From Nitrospirales bacterium (GTDB lineage Bacteria; Nitrospirota; Nitrospiria; Nitrospirales; UBA8639), in contig CBDBCZ010000012.1 of the NCBI GenBank assembly GCA_965203295.1, positions 576,001 to 640,000 on the forward strand: a stretch of DNA of 64,000 nt, in the 5' to 3' direction. A program made the position numbers and the translations under genes. Of the stretch, positions 52,521 through 64,000 are shown in pieces. Within the stretch, counting starts at the first letter, position 1. Each line of letters starts with the position of its first letter. The notes under the pieces are model-generated. The model had not been told where the DNA came from, ran no database searches, and was given only the letters and a program-made list of their open reading frames with translations.

Positions 52521-55500
52521 GTACGTATAATAGTATAAAGTTTTTAGAAGGGAATTATCTTTCGATTCTGTGGTTCAGTTTTCTGTAATAGAAATTCGAT
52601 AGTTTAACTTTGGAAATTGACATGCAACTGACCTTATACAGTTCAATGAATTGAGCAGAATTTTACTCCTATTCAACTAAAGCTATTTTAGCCATACTAA
52701 TGTATATACACACCTTTTTCTTGGGGGGTTGGACCTCATGATGGAGGACCTCCCTAAGGACCTCCCTGAAAACCTCCCTGAGATCTACTGATGACTGCAA
52801 GAACAAAGCGTAGAGATAACTACTACTTTAGGACCTCCCCATCATCCCCACAGTGAAGACAAACAATTACTTACATGTTCACCACCCTGGGGCTGGGAGT
52901 GCTGGGAGGTCTGAGGGGGCAGATTAAGTACTCTACAGTAATTACACCCTGACATTGTAAACAAGGCTGTAGAGATAGTATAGACTGGCCTAGGGCATCC
53001 TTGAACATACCTCACCGGGGTCACTTGCAGAATGCTGCTGTTCCCTGAGCAGCTCCTTTGCATGATGGCAGAATAATTAAAAATGCCAATACGATAGCTA
53101 GTTGGACTGTTTGAGCTCAGCTTCCTCCATCCCTCAAGCATTTTACTGTACCTGTTCTTGTTCTGGCCACTGCAATTGTTGGCTTGCAGCTGCATTTCGT
53201 TGGCTTCTGAGTAGGATTCTCCTCTTGCAGGAGTCTGGCTGCGTATGTTCTCTGCGTGTATATGCATATATATAGGAAGAGTCTTGTAAGCAACTGCAAA
53301 TGAGATAAGTAATATGTACATGTATACAGAACAATGATAACTGACTCACAGCTACCACTTTCGGATGCTCCGGCTGCTTAATATTCTCCCAGCAGTGCTG
53401 GGCAAATCGAAGAGCTCGAATCATTCTCAGGGCCTACAAGGAAGATACAGTAAGAACAATAATATTAGTACACTATATAGGGCTATACAGCTACTTAAGA
53501 GATATATGTACGCATCTAAAACGTACTGTCACTTTTTTCCTCTTCGGATCGGATAATGTCCGAAAAGTATAGCAGGAGATGTATTCGTTGTCAAGATCTT
53601 TTACTGTATACATAAAAAAAACTTCGAGTCTTCCTTGCTCACAAAACCATTGGTGATGGTTTCAGTGAGATGGTTGGTCATCTCCTTGACGATCTTCTCA
53701 TACTGGGGGAAGTCATCACTGGTCGTATTCAGTTCCTTCACTCTCAGAAACCGCTGGAAAAAAATAGTTATTGTTAACGCCCCTGGCACTGACAGAAATG
53801 TGACGACACTGTAGCAGGTAGGTCAATTATTTAATTGACGAGGCTGCCAACACCGGGAATGGGGCCAACACCATCATATCTATGCTCCCCCACTACCTCC
53901 AAACACATTCCTTTGGAGAAGGCCACCTGGTAGAAGAAGCGTCCTGGATGGCTTGAGCTACATATGCATGCATCTCAGCTTTCTTGATGACCTGTGAGAA
54001 GTGTAAGCCCAATTTATTGAAATGGGAAGAGGCTGTATACCAATAATCAATTTCCTCAGGGTCAGCCCCACAGAAGTAGTCCTTTAACAGATCGAAAAAG
54101 GTGGGGCGATCGGCGGGACCGAAAAGTCCAAAGTTGTCGTCGGCGAGGCGATTTACGGCCATGGCTACTGTTCGTTCCATTGTGCCAAGCCATCAGACAG
54201 TGAATATAGCTCCATGATCATAGCATGCAGCTGAATACATAAACCTTGTTTTCTTGAGTTTGCACTTACCCTCTGCAAACTCATTTAAAAGGCGCTTTCG
54301 AGGCGTTAGGGTTTTATATCACCTCCTACAGTCTAGTAAATGAGACAACATGTCGTATGTGACAATACCGAGACAATGCAAGGACGTACCTTTTCTTGTA
54401 CACTAGGTTAGCAACCAATTCCATTTACTATGTTGGAGAAGCTGGTCCAGGATCATGCCGTGCGTTTGGGATTATTACTCCCCCATGCAAGCGTTCTTGG
54501 AGGTCATTGTACAAACTCCAGTAGCACAAAAACCTGCCAAACCCATTGTGCACAAGAAAATAAAAAAAAAATAAAAAAGATGTAGGGATGGAGTGCCAAA
54601 AAGCAAGAAAACAAGGAATAAGGATAGCATGAACGCAACATACACAGCCCCATCCCTACATCTTTTTCACATGTCAACTGCAATTATGGCCATATTAATT
54701 TATAATGGCATAGCTGTCCTTCATGAACGCAACGAACTGCCACGGCCACGGGTGCGGCCGTGGTCTCGACGGCCTTCCATGCGCGCGACCAGCTCTGCTG
54801 CAGCTACCTTGGCAGGCTTTCTTGCCGCAAAGTCGAACCAGAGCGCTCTCAGGTAGGGTTCAGGGAGAGGGGCCGGGGTCGGTGCAGGGGCCGGAGCAGG
54901 AGCTTCTTCTTCCTCTTCCAAGGAAAACCCTTCCTCTAATAGGTCTACATCAATCGACATTTGTGTTGAGAAAAGAACAATATTACAATACTGTACATTC
55001 ACATTCATAATAGTACCTGCAAATTAATACATTGTTAAGCAGTTTTTGTCTGACAAAGAAGTGGATTACGCTATCATTAATAAAAATTAGAACCACAATT
55101 ACATTGTGTGCAAGAGCGCTACTTTAAAGTTATCAGTTCAACGCTTCGCTTACTTCCAAGTAGTAATACTGCAATCCTACCATCCTCATCCCGGCGCTCG
55201 TCGTCGTTTGCCGACGCCTCGCTTTCGTCCCGGGGGCCTGGGCGTTCTGAATCGGACATTGCTAATTTGCTGCTGAATTAGGCTGAGCAAATGTGGTCTA
55301 GGTGGTGGTTGTAGCAGGATGGACATGCTACTTATCTGGATACCTCCACCCACCTGCAACAGCAACTGGCACATACCAAGTGGTTACACTTAAGCCAACT
55401 CAACTGGCTGGTCCAAGATTCGGCAACATTTTGGGCACAGAAGTTTGGCTGGTTGTCCAGAAGTGGTATATATATATCCAACTCCATCCTGAGAATCTAT

Positions 55501-56599
55501 GAAATGGGGTTGGTCGCTCACTAGCTTTTTAATTTGCTGAATTGCTGCTATAGGGCTACATCCAGCAGGCCGTCCACGATTCTTCCTCGCATAGTTCTTC
55601 CTCCCCCCTCTAGCTGCTGCCACCAGATGCTCACACACCGAAAAGAGGCAGGACGTCTTACAGGTATACGAACTACGAACTCAACATATCTCCCCCTCCT
55701 CATGCTTAAACTCTGGCTACATACACACTTTACATGTTTATCACCCTGGGACTCAGATGACAGAGACTGGGGCTGGGAGGCCTTGGACTGGGAGGTCTGA
55801 GGGAGAAGAATGGGAGTAGAATGGTCAGTAGAATGATCAGTAGAATGGCAGTAGAATGGGAGTAAAATAATCAACATGCTTCCTCCTAGTGTTCCTTCCA
55901 ATAGAAAACCTCAGTCATGTGCTCATAAGGAATACCCTCGGAAGAAAGCAGTACATATATGCTTCTGGGTCCTCCTTATCAAATACCTCTCCTTCTGGAA
56001 GACACAGGAGTCCGATCATCGGTGCCACATCCTTTGTAGGATTGGTAATCATCTCCTCTGTGAGGCACTGAACAAACACATCATCAACCGGCCTCACAAG
56101 GCAAGCACCAACTCCCTAGAACTCTGCAACACGTTGAGGCTTTACCGTATCTGCAGCTGTCGCTACTTTTGTTTATACTCCCCTCGTCTTGAAATAATTC
56201 CAAATGTATTCTTCTGGATGTTCTCACTAAATCCTCCAGAAATCTGCGTTGTGCAGTTGGGAATTTCACACATTCTTATATGCATTCATTACCGGCAGTA
56301 TCAGTGAGCAGAGGACGTACCAGTATATGCATTAGTACCAGTATGGGCCGTTATTGTATTGCAGTATAGCGCCAAATTTCGAGGCACATAATTTTCGTGG
56401 TTTGGTCATACTGAACATTTTGCGGACCAAGGATGTTTCTTTTCCCCACCCATTTATTGTTCGCCACACCCCTAGACCAGACTTCACGTTTAGCACATGT
56501 TAAACAAAGATGCACTGCTGCACACTTCCCTATCTGGCAACGCCAGCGCAATGCCTGTGCAACGCTTGCACAATGCCTGTGCTCACAAACACCTTTCCT

Positions 56600-57880
56600 G
56601 GTGAGGCTCTCGTGAAGCAAAGTGTTGGATGCCCCGTAGGGCACTCTGGCAGAATGGAGAGTGAAGTGATCAGCCCAGTCATAGGTCGGGACTATGACAG
56701 TTCCATCTTGCGCTCCAGCAAACTGTACAGCATTCACCTCTGCGGACTGTTCTAGCACAACACAGCTCTTTGCTTTTCCTCCTTTGGCGGCTTTAACTCT
56801 TAGTTTCTCGCATACTTTGTCGTACAGGCAGCTGATTCTGGTGTGCCGATGCCGTCTCTTGAAGAGGCCAAGGCACCAATCTGGTGAGAACTTTGTGTGG
56901 CCCACTGTAAGGAAGCTGAGTGCAATGGTTTCCTGTAGCCCCACCGTGCACCTCCAGGCAAGATACTGCATCAGGTGCCTAATGGCATAATTGCCGAGCG
57001 CCTTAGCGCGAGGCAACTAATCCTGCATCGTATCTCAGCAAGCGTTTGTATATATATAATATATATATGTATGTATGTGTCACGCTTAGGAATGCAATTG
57101 TACTGTGCATGGCGTGGCCGGCCCTTTTGTGGCTCAGTTCTCACGTGTTACTCCCACGTGTCGGCTGAAGTCGAGTCACGGAGTCCGACGACGATGGCGA
57201 GACGAGTGGGGAAAGGGCTAGGCATCTTGCTACACTATGCAAAAGAAAGCAATGAGCGGCATACAAAACCGAAGCTAAAAGACCAGAGGTGCGTACGCTT
57301 TTTAGCTAACAACAGTTGCTCTTTTTCGCTAGAGAAACAGAAGTCACCACCGCGTTAATTTTCGCCTTTGGAGAAGGATGAACTTGTCGAATTCACTTGC
57401 ACGTTTAGCTACCTCTCCTTTTCCTCTGTCGAATTCTCACACATTATAAACATGTGCTACCAAACCACACCTACTGAATGCTCGTGCACGAGGCTTATAC
57501 TGCGTATGCGTATCTCTAGTTATAATTAGAAATGCCTATAGCTAGTTGGACTGTTTGAGGTCGGCTTCCTCCATCCCTCAAGCATTTTACTGTACCTGTT
57601 TTTGTTCTGGCCACTGCAATTGTTGGCTTGCAGATGTAGGTGGCCTTCTAATGTGTTTGGAGGTAGTGATGTAGCATAGATATGATGGTGTTAGCCCCAT
57701 TCCCGGTGTTGGCAGCCTCGTCAATTAAATAATTGACCTACAAAGTTGGATGATTTAATGCCATAAATGATCAAGCACAAATGCAGTAACGTATGCTGAA
57801 CTGCCGAGGAATTACCTCACAGCAAATTCCTAATATTGCACACTTCCTTGGGGTGAGGAAGTACATGGGCCCTGTTATTT
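56600..57880 (-). pseudogene. Fragmented DUF7869/Sola-like transposase of a different subfamily from the 1910-12816 element
   Basis: Colinear pieces on -: GPMYFLTPRKC, VNYLIDEA..GNGANTIISMLHHY, NNCSGQNKN, MQYLAWR...FLTVGHTKFSPDWCLGLFKR; further pieces near 52200-52500, 53100-53190, 53800-53900. Confidence 0.75.
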
Positions 57881-58469
57881 GAGAGTTGTGTTGTTTATTC
57901 TTTGTTGCAGCTGTTAGTAGTATACAGTTTCATGTAGCACATGATCACAATGAGATACCCCCAGGCCCCCACTTGCAATTCTACTAATGATTCATAAGTA
58001 GAATTGTAAGTAGAATCATCAGTAGAATGGATCATATAATTATTAATAATTGATGACATTGTGTATACGCCTAGAATGGGAGTATATACGACTCATGTCA
58101 AGCTCCACCACAGGTCTGGTTTCCTGCCCTTTGCTATGGTTCGAAAAGGTTCGGTGGGGTTGAACTACCCCGAACTTCTGCTTTGTACTATGTAGGGAGG
58201 TCAACGATTCCCGCGCGGAGGACAACAAGGACAGAAGTGATAATAGAATCAATAGACAATCGATAGTGGCATAACAGCAGATTACAAGTACGACATGCAC
58301 TAGATTGAGTCCATACGATCAGTACTAGCATGTCACGTGTACGTGGCATTGTGTTATATAGTCTATCGGTCCAGGTTCAGAGTCCAGAGTTCATGACCTT
58401 ACACCTCCCCACCAAGCTCTGATGTGTCAACAGTGGAGCTGAAGAGCCATGTTGGGTCCTCTGATAACC

Positions 58470-58700
58470 GGAGGGTACTGGATGAGTGCACATGAAAGTT
58501 GGTCCCAGTTGACTGAGCGACCGGTCCATGCTGCCGAGATAAGCTTCTTCATGGATTTTACAGTGGCTTCTGCTTTGCCATTATAATCTGGGAGTAGTGA
58601 GGTGAAGATGTTACATGGGTCACACCCCAGGTTCGCAAAAAAATCAGTGAGGAGATGAGAGGTGAATTGTGGGCCTCCATCAGACCACAGCAGGTTCGGT
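58470..58700 (-). pseudogene. Ty3/gypsy integrase core remnant
   Basis: LWSDGGPQFTS ... NGKAEATVKSMKKLI across a frameshift. Confidence 0.75.
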
Positions 58701-59859
58701 TGGCGTATAATAGTATGAGTTACTTGTTACTAAGTTATGGACAGGCTCACTCACTTCATCCTGAGCTGAGGGAATGGGAGAGGGGTGGGCCTGGGGGGAG
58801 AGTATAACAAGTACTTCCAGCCCCATGGGTGTGGGGCATGAATTTACTTACCAGCCTCTTAGCTTGTCTTGATACCTCTAATACTTGTTTCGCTTTCTCG
58901 TATTTGCTTTTCTTCAATGCTTCAGGTGTCTCTATATCATTGTAATTGCAGGCTCTGGTCTGTTGGCTGTGGAGAAATACAATACCATTGGAATAAATAA
59001 CCATTTACTTGCACATCAGAATTTTGAAGTAAACGCTTCACTGTTGTGCACTTCCCAGACACTCTGTGGTCACACTTATGTTGGAGATCACCAATGCATG
59101 GGGTCACTCGGATAATGCACCTGCATGGGTATTGGTATCTGCCATAAAGCTATAATACCATTGTCTCTGTTTACCTGCTGTGCCATATCAAAAGATGTGC
59201 GCAGTTAGGGCAGCATTGTGCAAGGGTGACAGTCGGGAGTACAGTGCAGGAGGCTGAAGCTTGCCAACAAAGCCTGATAAAGTGTCTCCTTGATGAGGCC
59301 ACGCTAGAAAAAGCGCTCCTGGATGGCTTGAGCTACATGCATCTCGCGGCTTTCTTGGTAACCTATGAGAAATGTAAGCCCTATTCTTTGGAAATGGGAA
59401 GAGGCTGTCAATTTCCTCGGTTATCCCCACAGAAGTAGTTTTCCAACAGATTGAAAAGGCAGGGTGATCAGCGGGACGAAGTTGTCGTCGCTGAGGCGAT
59501 TTACGTCCATGACTACTGCTCGTTCCATTGTGCCAAGCGATCAGAGAGTGGATATAGCTCCTTGATTAAAGCCTGCACCTGAATGTAGGAACCTTGTTTT
59601 CTTGTACACTAGGTTAGCAACCAACTCCGTTTACTATGTTGGAGAAGCTGGTCCAGGACCGTGCCGTGCGTTTGGGATTATTACTCCGTTCTTGGAGGTC
59701 ATTGTACAGACTCCAGTAGCACAAAAACCTGCCAAACTTCACCTTCGCCTCTATAAACAGCCGTAGTGCAAAACTATTTGCGGAAAGTGCCAGGTTTTTG
59801 CAAATCGGTTCACATATATGACAAAGTTTGTTGTAAATCTCCTGCTTTTGATAGCCTCT

Positions 59860-59953
59860 CAATCGCACTTTATGAAGATTTTTTAATGACAGACAACGGA
59901 CGGATAAAACCAATTACTTAACCCCACTCACACACATGCGGGGCAGGGTAAAA
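59860..59953 (-). mobile_element. HINE/DINE-1-like (Helentron-derived) 5' end
   Basis: Reverse complement: TTTTACCC...GGGGGTTAAGTAATTGG followed by a short GTCC/GTCT tract. Confidence 0.55.
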
Positions 59954-61552
59954 TGCCTCATGGATTATACAGCAGGCAGCTGTACACAAATTAAGTCTAT
60001 TGGGTATTGTGCCAGCGTAATTGGTGCAGGCCCAGTCCATATATGTATCATGTGGCTTAAGCTACTTACCAAATACTTTTTTTGTCTGATAATTATAAGT
60101 CACGAATTGTGAGAAAGTCCATAAAAATTATGTGAGCATAATTAGCTCAGGCCTACCCTGAATGCCAGACCCATCTTCAGATGGCACTGCCACGCACTAT
60201 CCAAACAGTGAAGTAATAAGAGCCCTCTGGCTTTGCCCTTGGGATGTAGTAATTACCGAGCGCAGCAAGTCCAATAATTGGATGGTTAGTAGAGATTGTT
60301 TAGCTTCTGTATATTAATGAAGATATGGGTGCTGCAAATGGACAGCACGATCGTATTGTCCATGAATGACAGATCGAGCAATGCAAACAGGAATTTCAAG
60401 CACCACAGCCCCCCCTCTGCTGTCTCGCAGCAACCATGGCCAATCTTTGGATAAAAAAATAGGATAGATACCTCATTCGCCTGGGTAGCTGTCGTTTTTC
60501 GTAGTTGTTCTCACAACTGGCTGACTCGTAATTAAAATGTCCCCGTATGCATCTGGCCGGGGGGCATGGCATGTGAGGCCTGTTGCTATTGCGTGACCCT
60601 AGTTTAACTAGAGCACTGAAATTCTTAACCCTCGGCGGCATAATATTAATCACAGACTCACAGGACACAGACAGCTCTTTGGTTTCTAGGGCTCTTGTCC
60701 CCTTTACACGCTCTCTATGTATCAGACTTCCGTTTGGCCGATGTGACAGTGAAATGGTGGTAGCCTTTCATCTTTGGCACCTTCCGGAAGTGTTCACCGA
60801 GGAATTGCCTCCAGAGTTGGATGTGAGATGGAAGTGTCGTTCAGGGGGCATATCTGTGAGTAACAAGCAGGATCTGTCTCCTGATCCTCCTGCTGAAGTT
60901 TGAGAATGGCGTGTTTTTTGGGGTTTTTGTCTGGGTTGTTTGTTTGTATAAAAGAATGTGAGGTGTAAGTGTTTATCATTATTTATGATTGGAGTTATTG
61001 GATGGTGGTTGTGAGTTTGATTACGAGAAAGTTGCGAAGCTACATTTTGAGCTGAGAAGTATTTTGGACAGTGCGAGTGTGGAGCAGTGTCGTTTGATCA
61101 GCGCTTGTAATCATAATTACGCTGATCGTGATATAGAGGTAAAATGCCGAGATTTTCGACCTTACGTGCGAGGAGATCGCAAAGGCAATCAAGGCGTATG
61201 ATGCCTATGGCAGCAGCGCCAAAGAGAGATTTAGGAAGTGGGAGAAGGCTAAGTTTGAACTTACCCTCTGCAAACTCATGGTCGTTTAAAAGGCGCTTTC
61301 GAGGCGTTAGGGTATTTATATCACCTCCTACAGTCTGGTAAATGAGTGGTGGTAGGTGTCTGAGGCCTTTAGAGTAGGTACGAAGTGGTACATGTAGTTA
61401 AATCCATTTGGAAAATGGTTTAGAGTGATTTATTATGTAAGGTTGGCAGGTTTTCTTCGTAGAAGACAAAGGATTATTAAAACTGGTTAGTAAATGCAGT
61501 ACACAATAATAATGCAAGGTAATGGTGGGAGTGATAGAGTTTGTGATAGAGT

Positions 61553-62799
61553 TCAAACGGGGTTGGCGCCTGAGATGCCGGCTTTGAGGCAGAGGTTGAC
61601 GAAGTTCTCTTTGTTCGACTTTTGTGCCATCTCGTCGCAGTAGGAATTGACGATGTCCCATGGCACTAAACCACATTTAGCGAGTTGTCGAGCGGTAGCG
61701 GTGCATATGAGGGGTTGAATATGACTGTTGCGGATTCTGTCGAAACTGAGAAAGGAAACGCGTCTCCTGACTGTGGCCCGAATTTTAGGTGGTACTCTTT
61801 GAGACACATGGGTATAAGCAACTGAAGGAAAAGACACAATGGAATTCATACTTACTTGGCACTACTCATGTTTGGCCACATCAAGTCCTGCTGTGTATGG
61901 AATTTTTCCAGTGTTTTATGTATCCAATTCCACTGCCACACCCATTCCAGCCATCCAGAAGTTCAATTGTTGGAAAAGATGGGTAAACCATTCATCCCAA
62001 CTATAGTTGGTGATGATGAACACCGCCCAAGGTTGGAGGTGTATACGGCTCCCTTTGATTTCTGCGCCAAAGGGTCACTTGTGGGTGAATCGGTTGATGT
62101 AGCCGACTTGCCATTCAGGGCCAGTGGTGAATTCGTCGCAGAGAACAACAGACTCATAGTCATACCCATCCCACCATTTAGGATCCTGAGATCCCGGGTC
62201 GTACCACTGTATGTCCAGATCTTGGAAAGTCTGGCAGACTTGGGCGGTTGTGCCAATCCCGGTGGCACCTTTAACAACGAGGATTTTGATGTCTTTGCCC
62301 ATGGCTGTGACCGTGCATGCCTTGTTTGATGGCATGGTAAGCTTTGGAAGCTTGGGGCCATGCGAAGTTGAGGCCATTCTTGGTGACGTCCTCATAGAGG
62401 AGTTCGGACATCTTTTTTGGAGCTTTTTTCTTGGGGACGTTAGAGCCGTTGTTAGGAATGAGTGCTGGAGTGACAGTTGGAAGATTGTGGTGCTAGGCTG
62501 GTAGAGGGTAGTTTCTCGATGGCCGTGAGGGCAGCGGTATTGGGACTTGGGGTGAAGAGTCCGGTGCTGGAATCCTGGTTCTGTGTGTACTCCTCGAAAG
62601 TTTCGTCGAGAGCTTCGTGAATTTCTTGAGAGGTGACGCTGGTGGTTTTGTTGTCGAGCTGGGTTTCTGGGATTGTTGTGATTTCAGGAGAGGTGAGGTC
62701 GACAATGGACGTGGAGAGGAAGGAAAGAAAACCATGACGTAAGCCATGGTTTGGGGTGGTTGGAGTGCGCGAAGTGCAGGTTGGTTCAAGTTTAGCCAT
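61553..62799 (-). pseudogene. Degenerate endogenous CRESS-DNA-virus-like Rep (SF3 helicase)
   Basis: GATGIGTT (Walker A, Lys lost), KWWDGY, VVLCDEF (Walker B), stop, PFGAEIKG, FIITN (motif C), later VRRRV (Arg finger-like). Confidence 0.75.
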
Positions 62800-62879
62800 G
62801 GCAGTAATAAGACGATCGACTTCCTTCGCTTGGCAGTTTTTTGCTCTTCAGTTTCTAGGGCTCTTGCTGCACTAACATC

Positions 62880-63100
<221 letters not shown>

Positions 63101-64000
63101 CTGCATCTGCAGCTCTTTCTTATTTAACAACGGTACATTCTGCCATTTTAATACGGTCACAACTAGTATACGATAGAGGCCGGGTATATATGGACTCTGG
63201 TCACGTGTTCATATTGGCGATCAGTCATGCCCACCACTTCCCATAGGATATACAGATACGTACGCATACACGAGCGCTGTACACTCTGCGTGCGGATACA
63301 CAGCCAGCGATATACACTTTGCCAACTACTCCATCAACCCAGTCTGCAGTCCTGCCAGGTCCAAGTTGTGAATTATGCACCGTGGGGTATGTCCCTGCTA
63401 GTTCTAGATGCATTCCTAGTGGTAAGTGGCTTGCTTCCACGGAACACATAGCTACACGGGCAGGCTAGCTTCCTAATGTGGATCTGACTACCACAGTTAG
63501 GACACGCTCGGAATTTTGGTACAAATACCTTGAATTTCAACTCCTGTCGTCGGCTAAAACAATGCGGACGCAGAAACATCGCATGTAATGGTGAATATAA
63601 TTAATTGTTGTCTCATCCCCAGACCATGCAGGGTGCAGCTCATTACAGCCTAGTAGGCGAGAGACCGATATCGCTACCTCATCAGGGGTGAGGGGAATAC
63701 CATGCACAGTATCCCGCTTGATCATCCTCCTGTAAGCGACCACTGCATTTTGTTCTGGGAGAGCAAGTACGACTGAAAAAGAGGAGAGATTGTATAAAAT
63801 ACAAATAACAATAAGTATGGAGTTCTTCTCTTTACCTTCATCCCCCTCTGTGAATGATATGAGCTTACTCTCGCTAAAAGAAAAGCAAGATCAATACTGT
63901 AATCCAAATCCTGAAGGTCACATTCATAAGAGTGTGTTTCAATTGCACCCCTCTTTGAAGGAAAAGACATAATGGAATCCATACTTACTTGGTGAGGTTG

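Noticed and set aside
58040..58350. Possible LTR next to the gypsy integrase remnant
   Set aside because: No second copy, TSD or clear TG...CA boundaries could be established

Overview
Eukaryotic, intron-rich DNA (many short GT-AG introns; probably an invertebrate animal, plausibly a sponge, which is inference) made almost entirely of DNA transposons and their debris. The main discovery is a complete 10.9-kb element at 1910-12816 with 34-bp TIRs (AACCACTTCCAATTTCAT...) and a 4-bp ATAA target duplication. It carries two divergent spliced genes that I traced by hand as uninterrupted frames: a ~1092-aa DUF7869/Sola-like DDE transposase (+) and a ~717-aa protein fusing a ParB/Srx-like domain to an apparently inactive beta-class DNA methyltransferase fold (-). 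The last intron of each gene holds an array of the palindrome TTGAAATTTCAA at ~33-bp spacing, suggestive of parS-like binding sites. Also present: a recently broken Helitron/Helentron Rep-helicase-OTU gene, a probably complete ~12.7-kb CACTA/EnSpm element with an intact 1004-aa transposase and a divergent second gene, hAT, Transib/Chapaev-like, AcademX-like, Sola-like and gypsy remnants, several MITE/HINE families, a mosaic of duplicated fragments, and a degenerate CRESS-DNA-virus-like Rep. No intact host gene, rRNA, tRNA or CRISPR array was recognised. All domain calls come from motif recognition, not database searches.
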